Assembly (NCBI GenBank): GCA_965214405.1
Contig: OZ243956.1
Coordinates: 384,001 to 448,000, forward strand
Origin: Trueperaceae bacterium
Lineage (GTDB): Bacteria > Deinococcota > Deinococci > Deinococcales > Trueperaceae
DNA: 64,000 nt
Direction of reading: 5' to 3'
A model generated the notes under the pieces. The model had not been told where the DNA came from. It was given only the letters and a program-made list of their open reading frames with translations, and did no database searches. Made by a program: the position numbers and the translations under genes. Below are positions 49,638 through 58,654 of the stretch, one piece after another. Position 1 is the first letter of the stretch, and every line of letters begins with the position of its first letter.

Positions 49638-50234
49638 ATGACCGCCGCCGTCCTGCTCGCGGGGGGCGAGAGCCGCCGGATGGGGGGAGCTAAGCTCATG
49701 CTCGAGCTTGAAGGAAAGACGCTGCTCGCCAGGGCCGTTCACAAAACGCAAGAGGTTACGGACGTCACCATCGTCGTGGTGGGCGCTTACCCGGCGCTAT
49801 ACCGACACGAAGCCAAAGGGTGCGGCGCGCGCGTGGTTGAGAACCTGGCGTGGGAGGAGGGACTGGGCACCTCTGTAAGCGCCGGGATAACGGCCCTGCC
49901 GCCCGACACCGAGACCGCGCTTCTCGTTCTCCCCGACCAGCCCTTCGTGCCGGTCGCGCACTTAGCGGCGCTCGTCAAAGCTCATCAGGCCTCGAGCGCT
50001 CCCCTCGTTCTCTCGCGCTATAACGACGGCGCGTTGGGTGTGCCCACCCTCGTCCACCGGAGCCTGTTTGTGTACGCGCGGGCGCTGCGCGGTCGCTGCG
50101 GGGCCAAGGCGCTTCTTAAACATGCGAGTGATGTGGCGGAGGTTGGGCTTACCGCTCCCTTTGCCGTCGACATCGACACCCCGGAAGAGGCGGCGCGGTG
50201 GCTGGGAGTAGGCGATCAAAAGGCTGAAATTTGA
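49638..50234 (+). CDS. MocA-like molybdenum cofactor nucleotidyltransferase
   Basis: LAGGESRRMG, DQPFV, DIDTPEE. Confidence 0.88.
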   Translation: MTAAVLLAGGESRRMGGAKLMLELEGKTLLARAVHKTQEVTDVTIVVVGAYPALYRHEAKGCGARVVENLAWEEGLGTSVSAGITALPPDTETALLVLPDQPFVPVAHLAALVKAHQASSAPLVLSRYNDGALGVPTLVHRSLFVYARALRGRCGAKALLKHASDVAEVGLTAPFAVDIDTPEEAARWLGVGDQKAEI

Positions 50235-50288
50235 GAGAAATATTTTAACCCATTACCCTGTGACGACTGAACGCTACTTCTTTTCTTC

Positions 50289-51185
50289 GAACCAGTCTAA
50301 GAACTCCCTTTGGGTGCATAAGCTACCAGTGCAGTAGTACCCGCAAGCAGATGAGGATAGCCGAGACGGTGGCGTAAGCAAGGTAATGTTCCGCTTTACG
50401 CTCGTAACGCACCACCAGCCCTCGGAAGTTGTCTTGCCAAGCGTTGACCCGCTCGACTTGCCAACGCCTTTTACTGGCCGGGTACAGCTTCGGCTTTGGC
50501 CCCTTCTGACGACGCTTGCCTCTTCTCTTTCTTTCGGGTACGGAAGCGCGGATGCCCCGAGCCCGCAGAGACTGCCGGAGGTCACGACTGTCGTAGGCTC
50601 TGTCCATAGCAACTTCTAAAAGTCGGGTTTTGGGACGCCCTCGCCCCGCTTTAGGAACACGTATCTTCGCAAGAACATCAAGAGCCACACTTGATTCGGC
50701 GGTGCTGGCGCTTGCCAGAGACAAAGCGACCGGAATGCCGTGGGCCTCGCTGGCGACCATCAAGGTAGAGCCTTTCCCTTTGCGTCCGTAGTCGATGCGG
50801 TCGCCCCCCTTTTTGCAGGGACAAAGCTCCCATCTAGCGCGCCCTCGTCGAGGCTGAGTTTCCCCTTCTTGTCGAGTATCCCCAGGAGTTTCTGGAAAAG
50901 CTCCTCCCACACCCCTTCTTCCGTCCAGCGCCTCAGCCAGTAGTAGACGGTACTACGTGCAGCATACGCCTCTATTCTCGGGAGGTCTTTGTACCTTACC
51001 CCCGTCTTGAGCCGGTAGATGACGCTGTTCAGCACCTCTCTATCGTGTTCCCGGCGGCGTCCGGTAGAGGGTTGTGGAGGAAGCAGCGGTTCGAGAACCT
51101 CCCACTGCTCATTGGTGAGTTTGGTATCGCTCATAGCTCTAAGCTATTCACCTACTCAAACTTTTATGCGTTCTTGGACTACTTC
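50289..51185 (-). mobile_element. IS5-family (IS427-like) insertion sequence, about 897 bp
   Basis: Imperfect inverted ends GAACCAGTCTAAGAAC and GAAGTAGTCCAAGAAC; no target duplication found, so boundaries are less certain. Confidence 0.75.
50323..51134 (-). CDS. IS5-family transposase, two ORFs joined by -1 frameshift
   Basis: LTNEQWEVLEPLLP, LDGSFVPAK, then DRAYDS and RWQVER; slippery AAAAAGGGGGG at 50814-50804. Confidence 0.9.
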
Positions 51186-52046
51186 ATGTCTTCTGACGCG
51201 CTCCACAATTTCGGGAAAGCTCATAACCCCTGAAAGTGAATGGTAAACATGCTGATGGTCAAGTAGGACGATAGGTGTTCTATCTTTTGATGCTTCTCTT
51301 ACCGCACCCGAATTAAAACCAGACATAGATAGAAATATGCCCATAGTGTTATCAGCTTTTGTCGTGACTTTTCGAATAAAGGTGTCTATATCAGGAGAGC
51401 CTACTTGTGTACTTGTAAACTTCAACTCAATTAGATATGTTGTACCAGTAAGAGTAACAGAACCATCAATTTGCCTGCCGTCAGTATTGTAGGGACGCCT
51501 ACACGAAACCTCATAGAAGTCTAGGAAATCGTAAAACCATTTTTGAAACTTGTAGCCACCCTCCTGCGTGCCTAACTCGGGAAACAACGTGGTAAGCCTG
51601 TTATTTAGGTCCTCCAAAGAGTTCTGGCGAATTCTGGCTTTCTTTTGAAACTCAAGATAACGTTCTCTAGCCTCTTTTCGTTGCTTCTCATCTTCAATCT
51701 GTTTTTCTTGTTCTGCAATGTAGCTTGCAAGATTTTTGACACTTCGCTTAGCATCAATGATTTTCTCTTTGGAATTTTCCCATCCTTCTAAATCAGGAAA
51801 AAGCTTCTGTTCAACCAGAGCTCTAGCCATCCGTGCAAAGATAGCTTCTCGTGACTCGCTATTTTTCAATTTATCAAAAAGCCGCTCCAAAACCTCGCGT
51901 TTAGTTTCCTCTTGAAGGGAACTAAGAAAAGTGTTAGAAACGCCAACTTCACCCAGAAACCTACGCAGTGCAGACTTGCGCCAGAAGGATTTCAAAGTGG
52001 CTTCAAATAACAAGTCAATAAAATGTGGAGTGATTTTAGACTTCAT
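51156..52046 (-). CDS. Mrr-like PD-(D/E)xK restriction endonuclease; C-terminus runs into the IS end
   Basis: Low GC; GYKFQKW, RQIDGS, YLIELK, GIFLSMSGF. Confidence 0.8.
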   Translation of the reverse strand: MKSKITPHFIDLLFEATLKSFWRKSALRRFLGEVGVSNTFLSSLQEETKREVLERLFDKLKNSESREAIFARMARALVEQKLFPDLEGWENSKEKIIDAKRSVKNLASYIAEQEKQIEDEKQRKEARERYLEFQKKARIRQNSLEDLNNRLTTLFPELGTQEGGYKFQKWFYDFLDFYEVSCRRPYNTDGRQIDGSVTLTGTTYLIELKFTSTQVGSPDIDTFIRKVTTKADNTMGIFLSMSGFNSGAVREASKDRTPIVLLDHQHVYHSLSGVMSFPEIVERVRRHEVVQERIKV

Positions 52047-52121
52047 CTCTCCGAAGTATCCGAAAAAGCATCATTAATTATTGTAACACTGAAGCCCTCG
52101 AGCCCCCTATCTCCTCTTACC

Positions 52122-53141
52122 CTACACCGCCTCCAAATCAAACTGCACTTTCATCCTCTTAGGGTCGCGCTCAGCCAACGCCAATCCGCTCGCAAACTCG
52201 CTCACGGGCAGCGCGTGCGACACGATAGGGTCTAAACTAACCGCGCCGCCCCGTACCAGGGCGATGGCCTCATGAAAAGTTTTATTGAGCGCGAACGAAC
52301 CGATAACGCTCACGTCGTAGCGGAACACATCGAAGGGGACAAAGCTCGTTTCTGCGCCCGAAGGAGCCACGCCGAAGACCCACAGCTTACCGCCCGGACG
52401 CACCCAGGTGAACGCCCCCTCGATAACCTCGGGCACCCCCGTCGCGTCGGCGACAACTTCGAAACCGTGCGGGGCAAGGCTGCCAAAGGTGTCTTTACTA
52501 AGTTTGTCCGCCTCCACCACCGCGCTCGCACCCAAGCTCTCGGCCAAATCCAAACGCCACCTTTCCTTGTCCACCATCGCCACATAGGATGCCCCGGCGC
52601 GTTTGGCGGCCTGCATCATGAGGATGCCCATCGGCCCGGCCCCGAAAATGAGCAGCCGGTCACCCGCCTGGATTTGCACCCGCTGGAGGCCCCAGACCAC
52701 GCAGGCGAGGGGCTCGAGCAGCGCCGCGTCCGCAAACGACAAGTCGCCGATGCTGTAGACGGCGCTCTGGGGCACCCGGACGTACTGCGCAAAGGCTCCC
52801 GCGCGCGTGACGCCTACGACGTCTAGGTTGAGGCACTGGTTAAACCCCCGCCGCTGGCAAAAGACGCAGGCGTAGCAAGGCAGGTTCGGGTCGGCGGTCA
52901 CGCGATCGCCCACCTCAAAGTCGCGCACCCGGTCGCCGACGGCGGCGACGACGCCGCTAAACTCGTGACCCGGCGTGAGCGGGTAACGCGCCAACGCGTA
53001 CGAGCCGTGCCAGATGTGAAGGTCGGTGCCGCAGACGCCCGCGCGTTTCACTTCGATGAGCACGTCGTCCGGGCCGAGGGTGGGGCGGTCGCGCTCGAGC
53101 ACCGCCGAATTCCCAGGCGAGGTGATGCTGGCGGCAATCAC
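52122..53141 (-). CDS. Zn-dependent alcohol/polyol dehydrogenase
   Basis: GVCGTDLH, GHEFSG, CYACVFC-x7-C, GAGPMG; GTG overlaps the upstream stop. Confidence 0.92.
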   Translation of the reverse strand: MIAASITSPGNSAVLERDRPTLGPDDVLIEVKRAGVCGTDLHIWHGSYALARYPLTPGHEFSGVVAAVGDRVRDFEVGDRVTADPNLPCYACVFCQRRGFNQCLNLDVVGVTRAGAFAQYVRVPQSAVYSIGDLSFADAALLEPLACVVWGLQRVQIQAGDRLLIFGAGPMGILMMQAAKRAGASYVAMVDKERWRLDLAESLGASAVVEADKLSKDTFGSLAPHGFEVVADATGVPEVIEGAFTWVRPGGKLWVFGVAPSGAETSFVPFDVFRYDVSVIGSFALNKTFHEAIALVRGGAVSLDPIVSHALPVSEFASGLALAERDPKRMKVQFDLEAV

Positions 53142-54025
53142 TTCACAGCCCCCATCGTGAGGCCGGTCACGAGTTGCCGCTGCGCGACCCAGCCCGCAAT
53201 CAGCACGGGGACGACCGCCGCGGTCGCCGCCGCCGACATCTTGGCGATAAACAGGTCGCCCTGCGCTGCCTTGAAGGTCGAGACGTAGACCGACAGCGGC
53301 GAGGCGTCGCGGGAGGTGAGGTTGACGGCCAAGAAAAACTCGTTCCAGGTAAAGATTAGAGCCAGTAGCGAGGTCGCGGCGAGGCCGGGGATGAGCAGCG
53401 GCAGGATGACGTTGGAAAATTCGTTCCAGAGGTTCGCGCCGTCTAAGCGCGCCGCCTCGATGATTTCGTAGGGCACTTCTAACATAAACGAGCGCAGCAT
53501 CCACACGACGAGCGGGAAATTCATCCCGGCGTAGAGGATAATGAGCCCCAGGTGCGTGTCAAGTAGGTTAAGCCGCAAGAAGAGCACGTACAGGGGCACG
53601 ATGACGCCCGCGGGGGGCAGCATCCGCGTCGACATCATCCACAGGAGCGAGCCGTCGGTGCGCTTGGTCGTGTAAAACGCCATCGCGTAGGCCGTCGGCA
53701 CGCCCAAGAGGAGCGCCAGCAGAATCGAGAAAAAGGTGATGACGACGGTGTTCCATAAAAACTCTAAAAAGGGCGAGTTGAAGAGCGCCAGACGCCAGTT
53801 CGCCAAAGTCGGCTCAAAAAAGACGCGCGGCGGAAACTGGATCGCCAGCGCCTCGGTCTTGAACGAGGTGAGCGCCATCCAAAAAATAGGAAAAAACATC
53901 AAAAAGGCGAGCAGGAGGGTCACGACCGAGAGCAAATGCCCGCCCATTTTCCTGCGGTTTAGACCTGTATGCTTTTGACTCACTCGGCTTGAAGCTCGAG
54001 TTACACTCACGCGGTCTGAATTCAC
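53138..54025 (-). CDS. Polyol/carbohydrate ABC permease (SmoG/MtlG-like)
   Basis: EAARLDGA loop, FTWNEF, QLVTGLTMGAVK. Confidence 0.9.
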   Translation of the reverse strand: MNSDRVSVTRASSRVSQKHTGLNRRKMGGHLLSVVTLLLAFLMFFPIFWMALTSFKTEALAIQFPPRVFFEPTLANWRLALFNSPFLEFLWNTVVITFFSILLALLLGVPTAYAMAFYTTKRTDGSLLWMMSTRMLPPAGVIVPLYVLFLRLNLLDTHLGLIILYAGMNFPLVVWMLRSFMLEVPYEIIEAARLDGANLWNEFSNVILPLLIPGLAATSLLALIFTWNEFFLAVNLTSRDASPLSVYVSTFKAAQGDLFIAKMSAAATAAVVPVLIAGWVAQRQLVTGLTMGAVK

Positions 54026-54957
54026 AGGGTCACCTCGTTTGACTCGGAATTGCGGCGCAGCACGTTTAAGAAAAGGATGATGACGATGTTTGCCAAAATC
54101 ACCGCGAAGATGCCGTAGGCGCTCGCGCGGCCCACGTTTTGCCTCGAGAACGCCTCCAAGAAAATTTGGTAGGGCAGGTTCGTCGTCTGGAGCCCCGGCC
54201 CGCCCGAGGTCGTTACAAAGATGATGCCGAACTCGCTGAGGATAAAAATGGTTTCTAACAGGAGCGCGATTTCGATAAATCTTCCTAAGTGCGGCAGGAT
54301 GATAAAGCGGAACATCGACGGGCCGCTCGCCCCGTCGATGCGCGCGGCCTCCAAGGTCGAATCGGGCAGGCTCTGCAAACCTGCCAGCAAAATCAGCATC
54401 ACGAAAGGAATCCACTGCCACGAGACGATGCCGATCACGGTGCCCATCGGGAAGGCCTCGAGCGCGTAAAAGTCACGAATCCCAAAGAGCCTGAAAAAAT
54501 AGCCGAACAGCCCGAACGACGGGTCTAGCAGGAGGTTTTTCCACAGCACCGCCGCCGCCACCGGCATCATGAGAAAGGGCGAAATCAGCAGCGTCCGGGC
54601 GAGCGCGCGCCCCGGAAAAGGCCGGTTTAAGAGCAGCGCGAACATGAGGCCCAGGACAAAGGTGATGACGACGACCGCCACGGTCAAATAAAGCGTGTTC
54701 CACAAGACCACGTAAAAGTCAGGATTGGTGAGGATGCGGCTGTAATTGCGCCACATCCGGTCCCAGCCTGCAAAACCCGTGCTGTTGGGCCTGAGCAAGT
54801 TCCAGTTGGTGAACGAATACCAGATGGCAAAAACGAACGGCACCTGCGTGACGAGCACCAAAAACAAGATGCCGGGGGCGGACAAGAATTTGCGGTTCTC
54901 GCGGCGGAGCGGCGTCTCCGCCTTTGGCTGCGCTTGCGGCAGGCTGGTACTTGCCAT
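54022..54957 (-). CDS. Polyol/carbohydrate ABC permease (SmoF/MtlF-like)
   Basis: WQWIPF, EAARIDGA, TSGGPG. Confidence 0.9.
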   Translation of the reverse strand: MASTSLPQAQPKAETPLRRENRKFLSAPGILFLVLVTQVPFVFAIWYSFTNWNLLRPNSTGFAGWDRMWRNYSRILTNPDFYVVLWNTLYLTVAVVVITFVLGLMFALLLNRPFPGRALARTLLISPFLMMPVAAAVLWKNLLLDPSFGLFGYFFRLFGIRDFYALEAFPMGTVIGIVSWQWIPFVMLILLAGLQSLPDSTLEAARIDGASGPSMFRFIILPHLGRFIEIALLLETIFILSEFGIIFVTTSGGPGLQTTNLPYQIFLEAFSRQNVGRASAYGIFAVILANIVIILFLNVLRRNSESNEVTL

Positions 54958-55134
54958 CGCTCTCTCCTTTGGTTGGGTAACACATCGACTAACATACTGA
55001 CTGGGTGACGGGTGGCTCGAGCCTTGTGCGGGCTATCGTCACGCAATAAGCAGTTTTTGCGGGTGATACCTTGGTTGACAGGAAACGCGTAGAAAAGAAA
55101 TCGCTAAAAATAAGTACGGAAAAAGCCCTTGTAA

Positions 55135-55162
55135 AGGGTGTGCGAGAATTCTCGCACACCCT
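55135..55162. terminator. Perfect 28-bp palindrome after the binding-protein gene (terminator or mRNA stabiliser)
   Basis: AGGGTGTGCGAGAATTCTCGCACACCCT. Confidence 0.65.
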
Positions 55163-55176
55163 CAAAAAGCCCTGGT

Positions 55177-56490
55177 TTAGTAGTAGCCTGCGTCCTGCAT
55201 CGCCTCGTCGGCGACGCGTTGGGCGCGCGCTAAGCCGTCATCGACGGTGGTGTCGCCTGATAAAATCCCGGCGACAATTTGCGCGACGTCGTTGCCGATC
55301 CCTTGAAACTCGGGGATTTGCACGAACTGTACGCCGGGGGCGATGATGGGGTTCGCGGTCGAGTCGTTGGGGTCGGCGTTCTGGATGGCGTTGAGCACGA
55401 TGGGCGCGAACGGTGCAGCCTCGGCGTAGGCTTCGTTCTCATAGGTCGAGACGCGCGTGCCGGGGGGCACCGCTGCCTGACCTTTTTCTTCGGCGACCAG
55501 GTCGATGTACTCCTGTGAAGTTGCCCAAGTCATGAACTTAAAGGCGGCTTCTTGGGCGTCCGACGAGCTGGGGATGCCTAAGTTCCAGCTCCACAACCAG
55601 GCGTTCCCTTTATCGACCGGACCGACCGGGGCGACCGCGTAAGCCATGTCAGGGCCCGCTTCCGAGCCTGCCAAAAAGCCTGCGGCGACGGTGGCGTCGA
55701 CCCAAATGGCGGCCTGACCCGACGACATGAGTTGCAACGCTTCAGGGAAGGAGATGCCGGTCACACCGGGTGCGCCACACTCGTTGACGAGGTCGCGGTA
55801 AAAGGTGATGGCTTCGTTCCACTCAGGGGTGTCAATGGTGGGACGACCCTCGGCGTCGAACCACTGCCCGCCGAAGGTATTGACCACGGTGGTGATGGGA
55901 GCCATGTTGTCGCCCCAGCCGGGTTTGCCGCGCAGCACGACGCCATAAACGCCGTTCTCGGGGTCGTGAACCGCGCAGGCGATGTCGCGGACTTCCTGCC
56001 AGGTCGGGTTCTCGGGCATGGTCTGCCCCGCCTCTTCGAGCAGGCGCTGGTTATACATGGTGAAGCTCGACTCGCCGTAGAAGGGGACCGCGTAGAGTTC
56101 GCTCTCGTAGCTCAAGCCGCCCTGGATGGCGGGCAGGATGTCTTCAAAATTATAGTCCGCCGCCACGTCCGGGTACTCTTGCGCCAGGGCGTCGACCGAG
56201 ACGAGCCAATCGTTCGCCGCCCAGAGCGGCGTTTCGTACGCGCCGACGGTCACCAGGTCGAACGAGCCCGAGCCCGTTGCTACATCGGTAGTCAGGCGCG
56301 AGCGAAGCGTGCCCTCGTCCAAAAAGAGCCATTCCAGGTTGATGTCGGGGTTTTGCTCTTCAAAGGTGGTGCTGAGTTCTTGCATGGTGACCATGTCGGG
56401 ATTGTTTACCGAGGCGATGGTCACGGTGGTCTGAGCCCAAACGGCTCCCGCCATGAGAGAAGCGAGCAAGATCATGATGCGCGTTTTCAT
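55177..56490 (-). CDS. Sorbitol/mannitol-type ABC substrate-binding protein (SmoE/MtlE-like)
   Basis: IASVNNPDM, PFYGESS, LRGKPGWG, PPGTRVSTY, IPEFQGIG. AAGGAGG RBS before 56490. Confidence 0.9.
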   Translation of the reverse strand: MKTRIMILLASLMAGAVWAQTTVTIASVNNPDMVTMQELSTTFEEQNPDINLEWLFLDEGTLRSRLTTDVATGSGSFDLVTVGAYETPLWAANDWLVSVDALAQEYPDVAADYNFEDILPAIQGGLSYESELYAVPFYGESSFTMYNQRLLEEAGQTMPENPTWQEVRDIACAVHDPENGVYGVVLRGKPGWGDNMAPITTVVNTFGGQWFDAEGRPTIDTPEWNEAITFYRDLVNECGAPGVTGISFPEALQLMSSGQAAIWVDATVAAGFLAGSEAGPDMAYAVAPVGPVDKGNAWLWSWNLGIPSSSDAQEAAFKFMTWATSQEYIDLVAEEKGQAAVPPGTRVSTYENEAYAEAAPFAPIVLNAIQNADPNDSTANPIIAPGVQFVQIPEFQGIGNDVAQIVAGILSGDTTVDDGLARAQRVADEAMQDAGYY

Positions 56491-56545
56491 TCCGATCCTC
56501 CTTATTACCTGCGAACGACTAAGAAAATGCACTATACATAAAACG

Positions 56546-56816
56546 ATGGACACGTGACCATTCCTTCCCATATCCTCCTTTCGCTTTGATCAGCGTCGTG
56601 ACACTACACCTTCGTGTGTTCTTGCCACAGCCGCTACACGTTTCGAGGCGATGCTCGAGATTTTTCACATCCAATGGTCTCGTGGTCATCAGCATAGACC
56701 ATTCTTAAAAAGCTTGTCAATAGCTGGAGGTAACGAAGGCGAAAGGTCCCCGAGCGAGCGCGTACAGAAAAAGCTTTGGCAGATAGACCCGTCTGCTACA
56801 GTGGTCTCGTGTCCAG
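56546..56816. promoter_or_regulatory. Divergent promoter with three LacI-type operators
   Basis: ATGGACACGTGACCAT (56546), ATGGTCTCGTGGTCAT (56674), GTGGTCTCGTGTCCAG (56801); minus-strand TTGACA-18-TATGCT (56720-56691). Confidence 0.7.
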
Positions 56817-57873
56817 CATCACCGCTACTCTCAACGCCACCATCAACGACGTTGCCAAACGTGCGGGGGTCTCCGCGAGCACCGCCAAGCGCGCCATCCG
56901 CACACCCGATAAACTCGCGCCCGCGACTTTAGAGCGCGTGCAAGAGGCCATCCGCGACCTCGCCTACGAACCCGACAAACTCGCCAGCACGCTGAGGAGC
57001 GGTCAGAGCCGTTTGGTGGGCCTCGTCGTCGGCAGCATCGTCGAGCCCTTTTTTGCCGAGCTCACCCGCGCCACGGGCCGCGCCCTGCGCGCGGAAGGCT
57101 ACACGCTGATCGTGGCGGACAACGAATATAGCAGCGCGCTCGAGCTCACCCAACTCCGCGAGTTCTACGGCAACCGCGTGGGCGGGCTGATGATCAGGGC
57201 AGGCTACGGCGGTCACAATTTGGATTATCTAACGCGCCTGAGCGAGCGCGGCACCGCCATCGTAGAAATCGACTACGTCTACCCGACGAGCCCCTTTAGC
57301 CACGTGCTGCTCGACAATGGGGCCGCCATGACGGAAGCCGTGGGGCACTTGCACGCGCTCGGTCACCGGCTCGTTGCCTACGTCGGGATGATGTCGCAGA
57401 AGGGTCAGCCCGAGGAGCGTTATGAGGGCTTTCTGGAGGCCGCGCGGCACTTCGGCCTCGCGCTGCCGGGCGCTTACTACTCGAGCAGCGCGGCCTTCGC
57501 CACCGGACCCTTTGAAAATAGCGCCTACGCCATCACCACCAGGCTCCTCGCCCTGCCCGAACCGCCAACCGCGCTCGTGGCCTTTAACGACACCTGCACC
57601 CTGGGCGCGCTTCGCGCGGTGCGGGATGTAGGACTCGTCATACCCACCGACGTGTCGCTCATCGGCTTTGACAACTACGCCTGGACGCATTTGGTCAGCC
57701 CCGCCATCAGCGTTGTTGAACAGCCCACCGAGAGAATGGCGCACGCGGCGGTGGAGATTTTACTCCGCAACATCGGCAAGGACACAGATAAGGACACAGG
57801 GGAGGTGGAGCGAAAACGGTTTCGGGGACGGCTGCTGCTCCGGGAGAGTACGGGAGTGCCCAGGGGCGGGTAG
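56809..57873 (+). CDS. LacI-family transcriptional regulator
   Basis: TINDVAKRAGVSAST HTH, PTALVAFND, VSLIGFDN; leaderless GTG. Confidence 0.95.
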   Translation: MSSITATLNATINDVAKRAGVSASTAKRAIRTPDKLAPATLERVQEAIRDLAYEPDKLASTLRSGQSRLVGLVVGSIVEPFFAELTRATGRALRAEGYTLIVADNEYSSALELTQLREFYGNRVGGLMIRAGYGGHNLDYLTRLSERGTAIVEIDYVYPTSPFSHVLLDNGAAMTEAVGHLHALGHRLVAYVGMMSQKGQPEERYEGFLEAARHFGLALPGAYYSSSAAFATGPFENSAYAITTRLLALPEPPTALVAFNDTCTLGALRAVRDVGLVIPTDVSLIGFDNYAWTHLVSPAISVVEQPTERMAHAAVEILLRNIGKDTDKDTGEVERKRFRGRLLLRESTGVPRGG

Positions 57874-58020
57874 GGCTACAAAGCATCAGCCTCGAGCTTA
57901 ACGCTTTGGCGAAAACTTTGGCGAAAACGGTTGGGACATCCTCGAGCCCTGTGAGAAAAATTTAGCGGCCTCTTCACAAAACAGGCTTTTATCATCACGC
58001 CTCTTCGGGAGCGTTCAGAA

Positions 58021-58093
58021 AAGTGAGTACCAAGTACCGAGTAGAAAGTACCGAGTGAGACCTTCTGAACTCAGTCCTGGGTGCTCGGTGCTT
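58021..58093. repeat. AGTACCGAG repeat/hairpin element
   Basis: AGTACCAAGTACCGAGTAGAAAGTACCGAGTGAG followed by CTCAGTCCTGGGTGCTCGGTGCTT. Confidence 0.5.
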
Positions 58094-58348
58094 TCGTCTT
58101 TAGGAAAGCGGAAACGCGTTCTACAGCTTTCTTTGTAGCGCTCATGATGAAAGCCTCTTCACGAAACTGCGCATGAGCACACCTTCTCACGGTGTGTTAC
58201 ACTTCTTTTTGCTGTTTTGAGGGGGTTTTCCCCACATCCCAAAACAAACCGAGACATATGGTGAGTGGTGAACGGTAAAGATGAAGATGACACACAGCCC
58301 CGAAGACACGGTACAAACGGTGCAAAAAGTTAATGTTCAACTTATAGG

Positions 58349-58425
58349 TGGTGCGCCCGACAGGATTCGAACCTGTGACCTTTCGCTCCGGAGGCGAACG
58401 CTCTATCCGGCTGAGCTACGGGCGC
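58349..58425 (-). tRNA. tRNA-Arg (CCG)
   Basis: GCGCCCGTAGCTCAGCCGGATAGAGCG, arm TTCGC-CTCCGGA-GCGAA, GGTTCGAATCC, CCA end. Confidence 0.97.
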
Positions 58426-58654
58426 ATAAGAATGGAGCATCAAACGAGTGACGCTTCGAGTATCCCTAAGAATCCAAAGTAGCACACGGGCTGCTTGGAC
58501 GTCCCTACAGATGATACTCCTAATAAGGCGAGTTTCATAGACCCTAAGTTTATCAGCGCGGGTATCATCACCGGGACCATGTCTCAAACCGTAAGGCGTA
58601 GACCGGTCTCTCAAATCAGATGATACCTGCTGTCAACAGGAGGAAGTAGAGCAG

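Noticed and set aside
48543..50234. xdhC-mocA pair without a molybdoenzyme as a novel system
   Set aside because: These accessory genes are often separate from their target enzymes.
58190..58348. Promoter-like TACACT and short ORF running antisense into tRNA-Arg
   Set aside because: No recognisable product, att duplicate or integrase; too weak to call.
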